Source: Patescibacteria group bacterium | Lineage (GTDB): Bacteria; Patescibacteriota; Minisyncoccia; 2-02-FULL-40-12; IGHO2-01-FULL-4-A | Reading direction: 5' to 3' | NCBI GenBank assembly: GCA_038061865.1 | Contig: JBBTYI010000009.1 | Location: 1 to 60,467 of the forward strand | DNA length: 60,467 bases | Shown here: piece by piece, positions 55,154 through 60,467 of the stretch | How the letters are laid out: each line of letters opens with the position of its first letter | How positions within the stretch are numbered: position 1 is the stretch's first letter | Notes under the pieces: model-generated | Told to the model about the DNA's origin: nothing | The model's database searches: none | The model's input: the letters and a program-made list of their open reading frames with translations, nothing else | Program-made: the position numbers and the translations under genes

Positions 55154-55362
55154 TAGGAGGTGTTTCGCCGCCTTTCATTTTTGCTTATCCGCCCGTAGGC
55201 GGACTGCGCTGGTGAAGAATGATTACCATAACACTGAATAAGACGCAGGAAGAATAAATAGGGTTGCTCGCTGGCCAATTCTTTGCCGCTATTGTCCTTT
55301 GCCGAGTTTTCACATTTGCAACTTTAGCTAGTTCGTTTGCGTCTTAGTTTTATTAGGGGGTA

Positions 55363-55374
55363 TTTTGGTGGTAT
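55363..55374 (+). promoter_or_regulatory. Extended -10 promoter (TGgTATAAT) 12 nt upstream of the ECF sigma start codon
   Basis: tggtataat at 55366-55374; ATG at 55387. Confidence 0.45.
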
Positions 55375-55386
55375 AATCAAAACAGC

Positions 55387-55935
55387 ATGAATGCCAGACA
55401 ATTAAGAAAATTTGAAGGCATCGCGGAGGAGCATCAAAAGAGCATCGTCAACTTTCATTACCGTTTCGTCGGCGACCGGTATGAGGCCGAGAATCTGGCC
55501 CAAGATACTTTCATTAAGGCCTTCCTCAAACTCAAAACCCTGAAAGACAAGAAAAAGCTTAAGAGCTGGCTGTTCGCCATTGCCCGCAATGTGGTTATTG
55601 ACTTTTTCAGGAAAAACAAGAACCGGGAAATTGCTTTGGGCAATGAGATGATTGAAAATTTTATTGAGACCGCTTCCTCGGTCAAGCTTGATTCCAGAAT
55701 CAATGAAGATGAAATTTCACGGGAATTGCAAAGGTGCATTGACCAGCTTTCCAGTCAGGACCGGAGGTTGATCAAGCTTTTATACTACGAGGGCTTTTCC
55801 TACAAAGAAATCAGCCAGATTTTGAGAATCAACCAGAACACCCTGAAAAGCCGTTTGCACCGCACCCGCGCGATTCTGCTGGAGATCATTCAACAGAACG
55901 ATTTATTAAAAGACGTAGCCATGCAGTATAAATAG
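55387..55935 (+). CDS. ECF-family RNA polymerase sigma factor
   Basis: 182 aa; region 2 (WLFAIARNVVIDFFRK) and region 4 HTH (YKEISQILRINQNTLKSRLHRTR). Confidence 0.85.
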   Translation: MNARQLRKFEGIAEEHQKSIVNFHYRFVGDRYEAENLAQDTFIKAFLKLKTLKDKKKLKSWLFAIARNVVIDFFRKNKNREIALGNEMIENFIETASSVKLDSRINEDEISRELQRCIDQLSSQDRRLIKLLYYEGFSYKEISQILRINQNTLKSRLHRTRAILLEIIQQNDLLKDVAMQYK

Positions 55936-55992
55936 TTCAGCGACACCATCTTTAATACACATAAAAAAAGAGAAAGAGCGCTTGATAAATAC

Positions 55993-56388
55993 TTGAGAAC
56001 CAAGGTCCCATATTTTATTATGCACAAACATTTGATAAACCCCGCCCCTGACTTTACCGAACGGTTGATGCTGAAAGTCGCCAAAATCAACCAGCAAAAA
56101 AAGCTGGTTTATGATGTTTTGATTGCCTTTCTGCTTTTTAGTCCGTTTTTGGTGCGGCAGGTTTGGTTGTGGCTGGCCGCCAGCCATGATTACTTTTCCG
56201 CCGGCCGTTTGCCTTTCAGCCAAACGGTTTTAACCGCTTACGGGTTTTTCCTATCAACCGTTGCCGCCTACATTCTCTTGAGTTTCGGGCTGGCGGCGGC
56301 ATTGATTTACCGCTTGGGTTGGCGGCGTCTAGCCCTGGCCGTCAAGTCAATTAGCCAGGTTTTCAACCCGGCCCGTTTCCGCACCTAG
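55993..56388 (+). CDS. Putative membrane anti-sigma factor
   Basis: 131 aa; 3 TM; assigned only by its position downstream of the ECF sigma gene. Confidence 0.35.
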   Translation: MRTKVPYFIMHKHLINPAPDFTERLMLKVAKINQQKKLVYDVLIAFLLFSPFLVRQVWLWLAASHDYFSAGRLPFSQTVLTAYGFFLSTVAAYILLSFGLAAALIYRLGWRRLALAVKSISQVFNPARFRT

Positions 56389-56398
56389 TTTATGTACC

Positions 56399-56550
56399 TT
56401 ATTCGTTGTTACATACGCTTACAAATAGCGCACACGAATATACATAAGCGTACGTAACTGGGTATTGCCAAAATCAGGTTTCTTAAGCATAATCCAAAAA
56501 GCGTTGGGTTGTTTTGTTGTTGCATACACTTAACGAATAGTGCATACGAA
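56399..56550. repeat. Reverse-orientation copies of the 18440/18904 repeat family, upstream of tsaC
   Basis: gttacatacgcttacaaatagcgca is the reverse complement of tgcgctatttgtaagcgtatgtaac. The second unit at 56518-56550 is the reverse complement of ctattcgtcaagtgtatgcaac at 18467-18488. Confidence 0.6.
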
Positions 56551-56558
56551 TTACTTAG

Positions 56559-57251
56559 ATGAAGATTATTTCTGTCAATCTCAAAGGAGACCTTACCGAA
56601 GCGCTGCTTGCCGCTTTGGACGTCCTTAAAAAAGGCGGGGTGGTGGCTTATCCGACCGACACTATTTACGGTTTGGGCGCTAACGCTTGCGATTACAAAG
56701 CGGTGGAGCAGATTTTCAAAATCAAAAACCGGCCCTTCTCCAAGCCCCTGCCGATCATTGCCCGGGATCTGAATTGGGTCAGAGAACTGGCCTATCTGCC
56801 GCCCAAGCTGGAAAAACTATTGGCGGAAATCTGGCCTGGTTCGATCACGGCAATTTTGACCAGGAAAGATATCGTGCCGCCGATCGTCACCGCCGGGAGC
56901 AGTAAAGTTGGCGTCCGCATTCCGGATTTTGAGTTCACCGAAAAACTGCTGGCTAAATTCGGCTACCCGCTGACCGCTACTTCCGCCAATCTTTCCGGCG
57001 AAGAGGGCACCGGCAATATCGCCGCCGTCATCAATTTCTTCAAAGACCAGCTGTGGCAGCCGGATTTGATCATTGACGCCGGCAATTTGCCTAAGTCCCT
57101 GCCTTCAACTATTCTTGACCTTTCCACTCTCAAGCCAAAGATTCTGCGGGTCGGCCCGACCAAACCGGATTTTTTGATGAAACTATTAGGCGCCACTTAT
57201 GCTGAAAAAGCTAATCCAAAAAGAAGCGCTCCGCCAGCGGAGGGTTATTAA
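56559..57251 (+). CDS. tsaC: L-threonylcarbamoyladenylate synthase TsaC (YrdC-only)
   Basis: 230 aa; VAYPTDTIYGLGANA, KPLPIIAR. Confidence 0.9.
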   Translation: MKIISVNLKGDLTEALLAALDVLKKGGVVAYPTDTIYGLGANACDYKAVEQIFKIKNRPFSKPLPIIARDLNWVRELAYLPPKLEKLLAEIWPGSITAILTRKDIVPPIVTAGSSKVGVRIPDFEFTEKLLAKFGYPLTATSANLSGEEGTGNIAAVINFFKDQLWQPDLIIDAGNLPKSLPSTILDLSTLKPKILRVGPTKPDFLMKLLGATYAEKANPKRSAPPAEGY

Positions 57252-58374
57252 TTTCATCCCTTCCGAAAACTATGTCTCCAAAAACGTTTTGGCGGCTTTG
57301 GGTTCGCCCCTGACCAACAAATATGCCGAGGGGCAAGCGCACCGGCGCTACTACTTCGGCAATCAAATCATTGACGAGATTGAAGACGAAGTAAAAAAAT
57401 TGGTTTACAAATGCTTTAAGGTCACACCGGCTAAATATGGTGTCAATGTCCAGCCGTATTCAGGCAGTATTGCTAATCTGGCGGCCTATCTGGGCGCATT
57501 AGTGGATGGCGACCCCGAGAAGCTTCGCAACGGGGCAAGCCGGATATTAGCAATGTCGCTTGCTCACGGCGGCCATCTGACTCACGGCCATAGTGTCAGC
57601 TGGACTGGTAAACTTTTTAATTTTAGACACTATGGCGTTGGTCGGGACGGCTGGCTGGATTATGACGCAATTGCCAAACTGGCTAAACAGTTCAAGCCCA
57701 AACTAATCGTCTGCGGTGCGACGGCTTACCCACGGAAGATTGATTTTAAAAAATTCCGCCGGATTGCCGACTCGGTCGGTGCGCTGCTCATGGCCGATAT
57801 TTCCCATATTGCCGGTTTGGTGGTTGGGGGAGCATACCCCTCACCTTTTCCTTACGCCGATATTGTTACTACCACCACTCACAAAACTCTGCGCGGCCCC
57901 CGCGGGGCAATAATTATTTCTAAAAAGGAGCTGGCTGATAAAATCGATAAGACCATTTTCCCGGGCCTGCAAGGCGGGCCGCAGATGCACACCATAGCCG
58001 CGATTGGGGTTTGTCTGGAAGAAGCATTGCACCCAAGCTTCAAGAAATATGTCAAACAAGTCGTAGTCAATGCCAAAGCATTGGCAGGAGAATTAAGGCA
58101 TTTGGGGGTTAAGGTAATATCGGGCGGGACGGACAATCATCTGCTTTTGGTTGATGTCACCCCGCTGGGCATTAGCGGCAAAACTGCCGGCGAGCGTCTA
58201 GAAAAGCACGGTATCATTGTCAATAAAAACGCGATTCCTTACGATATCCGCCAGCCCTGGGATCCGTCGGGCATCCGCCTGGGCACCCCGGCCGTAACCA
58301 CGCGGGGGATGAGGGAAAAGGATATGATAAAAATCGCGAGAAGAATACGCGCGATTTTAATGACTGATTCTTAA
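57199..58374 (+). CDS. glyA: Serine hydroxymethyltransferase
   Basis: 391 aa; SENYVS, PLP-lysine motif TTTTHKTLRGPRG; the listed start overlaps tsaC by 53 nt. Confidence 0.9.
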   Translation: MLKKLIQKEALRQRRVINFIPSENYVSKNVLAALGSPLTNKYAEGQAHRRYYFGNQIIDEIEDEVKKLVYKCFKVTPAKYGVNVQPYSGSIANLAAYLGALVDGDPEKLRNGASRILAMSLAHGGHLTHGHSVSWTGKLFNFRHYGVGRDGWLDYDAIAKLAKQFKPKLIVCGATAYPRKIDFKKFRRIADSVGALLMADISHIAGLVVGGAYPSPFPYADIVTTTTHKTLRGPRGAIIISKKELADKIDKTIFPGLQGGPQMHTIAAIGVCLEEALHPSFKKYVKQVVVNAKALAGELRHLGVKVISGGTDNHLLLVDVTPLGISGKTAGERLEKHGIIVNKNAIPYDIRQPWDPSGIRLGTPAVTTRGMREKDMIKIARRIRAILMTDS

Positions 58375-58387
58375 TTACTAATTTCTA

Positions 58388-59170
58388 ATGATTGTCGATG
58401 GCAGGGAAATTGCCGAAGAAATATTAAATCGGTTGGCCGAGGAGGTAAAAAAACTGAAACCGCTCACTTTAGCGGCGGTTTTAGCGGGTAATAATCCGAA
58501 CAGTAAAAAGTTTATAGGGCTCAAGCGGAAAGCAGCCGAGAAAATCGGCATTGGGTTTGTTATCCACGAATTTCCGGAAAAATTATCTTCCGAAGAACTA
58601 AAAAAAGAAATTGCTAAATTGAGCAAATTAAATGACGGCATAATTGTTGAATTGCCTTTACCGCCGCACATTAATACCCTATATGTCCTGAACGCCATTC
58701 CCGAGGAAAAAGATGCGGATGTTTTATCGCAAAAAGCGCAGGACGCTTTTTTCGCGAATCAGTCAAAAATCCTGCCGCCCTCGGTGGAAGCAGTCAAAAC
58801 AATATTCGCCAAATATGACATTAATCCGATTGGTAAAAACTGCGCTGTTTTTGGTCATGGTCTATTGGTCGGCAAACCAATTAGCCACTGGCTTACCGCT
58901 CAAGGCGCCAATGTTTCAATTATCACCGAACACACCCTAAATCCTACGCCCCACACCCTTTCCGCGGATATAATCATCTCCGGCGTCGGTATACCCAACC
59001 TAATCACCGCCGACCTGGTCAAAGCGGGAGCGATAGTAATCGATTTTGGCCCCGATGTGGATTTTGAACCGGTCAGCGCTAAGGCCTCCCTCATCACCCC
59101 GCCCACCGGCGGCGTCGGCCCGATTGTTATTGCCGGTGTGTTGAAGAATTTGGTGGGGTTGGGGGAATAA
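58388..59170 (+). CDS. folD: Bifunctional methylene-THF dehydrogenase/cyclohydrolase FolD
   Basis: 260 aa; Rossmann GHGLLVGKP; YxxxK active-site region. Confidence 0.9.
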   Translation: MIVDGREIAEEILNRLAEEVKKLKPLTLAAVLAGNNPNSKKFIGLKRKAAEKIGIGFVIHEFPEKLSSEELKKEIAKLSKLNDGIIVELPLPPHINTLYVLNAIPEEKDADVLSQKAQDAFFANQSKILPPSVEAVKTIFAKYDINPIGKNCAVFGHGLLVGKPISHWLTAQGANVSIITEHTLNPTPHTLSADIIISGVGIPNLITADLVKAGAIVIDFGPDVDFEPVSAKASLITPPTGGVGPIVIAGVLKNLVGLGE

Positions 59171-59273
59171 AAAAACCGCGCCGAGCGGCAAGGGTTTTCC
59201 CCCACAAAATCAATGGGCGGCACTTTGTGCCGCCCACGATCTGGCTCTCAAAAAGCCGTCTAGTTTTGTCTTG

Positions 59274-59384
59274 GTGCAGTATTCTTGAATTAGTCCGAAC
59301 GCATTTCGCCGCCGCAGGCGGCGAGGAAGTCCCCCCGCGAAAATTCGGAAAGGCGGCGGAGCCGCACCGCTGACAATTTCAAGT
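59274..59384. repeat. GC-rich hairpin element; an inverted copy is present at positions 1-92 (truncated by the window edge)
   Basis: 59301-59365 matches the reverse complement of 1-65 except in one hairpin, where cgccg-tctg-cggcg is replaced by cgccgcc-gca-ggcggcg (compensatory change). The element ends cttgaatt...aatttcaag pair with each other. Confidence 0.6.
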
Positions 59385-59487
59385 TTTTCTTTGGCGGCAT
59401 TCAATCCAAGGATTCGGGGAGCGAACTACTGAAATTTTAGCAAATTTCAGCTTCGGCGACAAATTCTTTGTTCTTTCAAATTTAGAA

Positions 59488-59525
59488 AAAGAAAAGGGCG
59501 CGACTCTATGAAGAGAAGCGCCCGG
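59488..59525 (-). terminator. Intrinsic terminator (gggcgc...gcgccc followed by ttttcttttt on the minus strand) after the GtrA operon
   Basis: 6-bp GC stem with a T-run on the minus strand. Confidence 0.5.
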
Positions 59526-60000
59526 TTACCCCTTGTTGTTGAGTGGGGCAACGAACTCAAGTTCGCCACGAATCACGCCACCGATCTTAAGAACGCAAAT
59601 CGAGAAGACCCGAAGTGTGCCAACTTCTTTCAAAGTTAGCGACAACTCGAAGTCCGTTCCTTTCAGAATGTTCTTGAGATAGCGAAGGTCGCTCCGGCGA
59701 AACCACATCTTGCACTCGACCATGAGCCGCTTGAATGTCTCGTAGTCCGCGAAGTCGAAGTCGGCAACCTTGTCTTGAATCAGGAAGCCGACCAGAACAT
59801 ACGAGAGCTGTGAGAGACAACGGACGTATTGCTCCGCCGTCACGTACTCAATCGGCTGACGAGTGTACGAGTGGGAACGCGGTACGGCAAACCGTCCGGT
59901 TGCCGACTTCTGTTCTACCGAGTACGCCACCACCTCGCGGAGGTAGACGGCTTCCGGCACATACAGAAGTTCGAGTAGCTCACGGGCTCTGTCGCTCATG
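59526..60000 (-). CDS. Hypothetical protein (possibly hotdog-fold), translationally coupled to gtrA
   Basis: The start was reassigned to MSDRAR, with ATGA overlapping the GtrA stop; 158 aa; elevated GC. Confidence 0.45.
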
Positions 60001-60403
60001 TTAACCTCCTTTCGTTTTTGAAGATTCTGCCGGAGATGATGAAACTCAAGACAGAGATGACTATCGTGAGAATCACTTGCGCTCCGATGTACCAAAGGTG
60101 CAGATACTCCACCATAAGGTACAGCAAGAGTGTGTTGCCGATGAGAAAGGAAACGGTCATGGCGACATACAGCGCGAGCTGACGGCCAACCATGTGAGTT
60201 TCCTTGTTCTGGAATGTCCAGAATTTCTGAAGTGTGAAGTTCAGTCCGGTATTCAGGACGAAACCAATCACCGCAGAAATGACATACCAGACACCCAGGT
60301 ACTCGGTGAGGCCGTACAGAGCGGCATAGTAAGCAATAACGCCGGCGGCTCCTGCAACGCAGAACCGCACGACTTGCCTGAGGCGAGACGTTTCGGTTCG
60401 CAT
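59996..60403 (-). CDS. GtrA-family membrane protein (polysaccharide-synthesis associated)
   Basis: 135 aa; 4 TM; RFCVAGAAG...LNFTLQKFWTF matches the GtrA signature. Confidence 0.65.
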   Translation of the reverse strand: MRTETSRLRQVVRFCVAGAAGVIAYYAALYGLTEYLGVWYVISAVIGFVLNTGLNFTLQKFWTFQNKETHMVGRQLALYVAMTVSFLIGNTLLLYLMVEYLHLWYIGAQVILTIVISVLSFIISGRIFKNERRLT

Positions 60404-60467
60404 TGAGGATACCTCCTTTCAGTTTTTGGTTTGTGAATGTACTACTTCGTTGAACCGAAGTTCAATG

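Noticed and set aside
1-60467. Diversity-generating retroelement or retron
   Set aside because: No reverse-transcriptase ORF (no YxDD motif) was found, and no template/variable repeat pair with adenine-specific differences was seen in the window.

Overview
This 60.5-kb window is densely packed (about 90% coding), uses the standard genetic code (TGA serves as a stop, including an ATGA start/stop overlap at 59996-60000) and resembles a small-genome bacterium of the Patescibacteria/CPR type. That taxonomic guess comes from gene content and protein style alone and I could not confirm it. The backbone is housekeeping. It includes recG, a holA-like gene, fpg, polA, tsaE, nfo, a yraN-like gene, comM, pnp, rpsO, a Xer-type recombinase, smpB, arginyl-, isoleucyl-, glycyl-, methionyl- and leucyl-tRNA synthetases, recO, a TatD DNase, an M16 peptidase, an ECF sigma factor, tsaC, glyA and folD. 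Several features are not explained by these housekeeping genes. (1) An unannotated tmRNA gene (ssrA, minus strand, about 27731-28080) encodes the tag ANQNFAFAA and sits about 1.8 kb from smpB. (2) The IleRS gene carries an in-frame insertion of about 200 aa that forms a complete histidine-phosphatase (PGAM-like, RHG) domain. (3) The normally contiguous rpsO-pnp locus is split by about 2.1 kb of accessory genes: two tandem HicB-HicA pairs, a small secreted protein and a NYN-domain protein. A third RelE/ParE-type toxin-antitoxin pair lies at 30873-31370. (4) Three candidate structured RNAs or repeat families were found. One is a 237-nt nested rod-like element at 5073-5309. Another is a GC-rich hairpin element of about 90-110 nt present in inverted copies at both ends of the window, with a compensatory stem change between copies. 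The third is a 34-bp repeat family flanking a DksA/TraR zinc-finger gene and recurring upstream of tsaC. (5) A GxxExxY gene is bracketed by 16-bp inverted repeats and looks cassette-like. (6) A 124-bp element with perfect 24-bp terminal inverted repeats lies upstream of the ECF sigma gene. (7) Tandem heptanucleotide repeats occur in frame inside at least five unrelated genes. (8) A GC-rich islet encodes three small secreted proline/glycine-rich proteins. All calls were made by eye from the sequence and the ORF track. No database searches or structure calculations were run.
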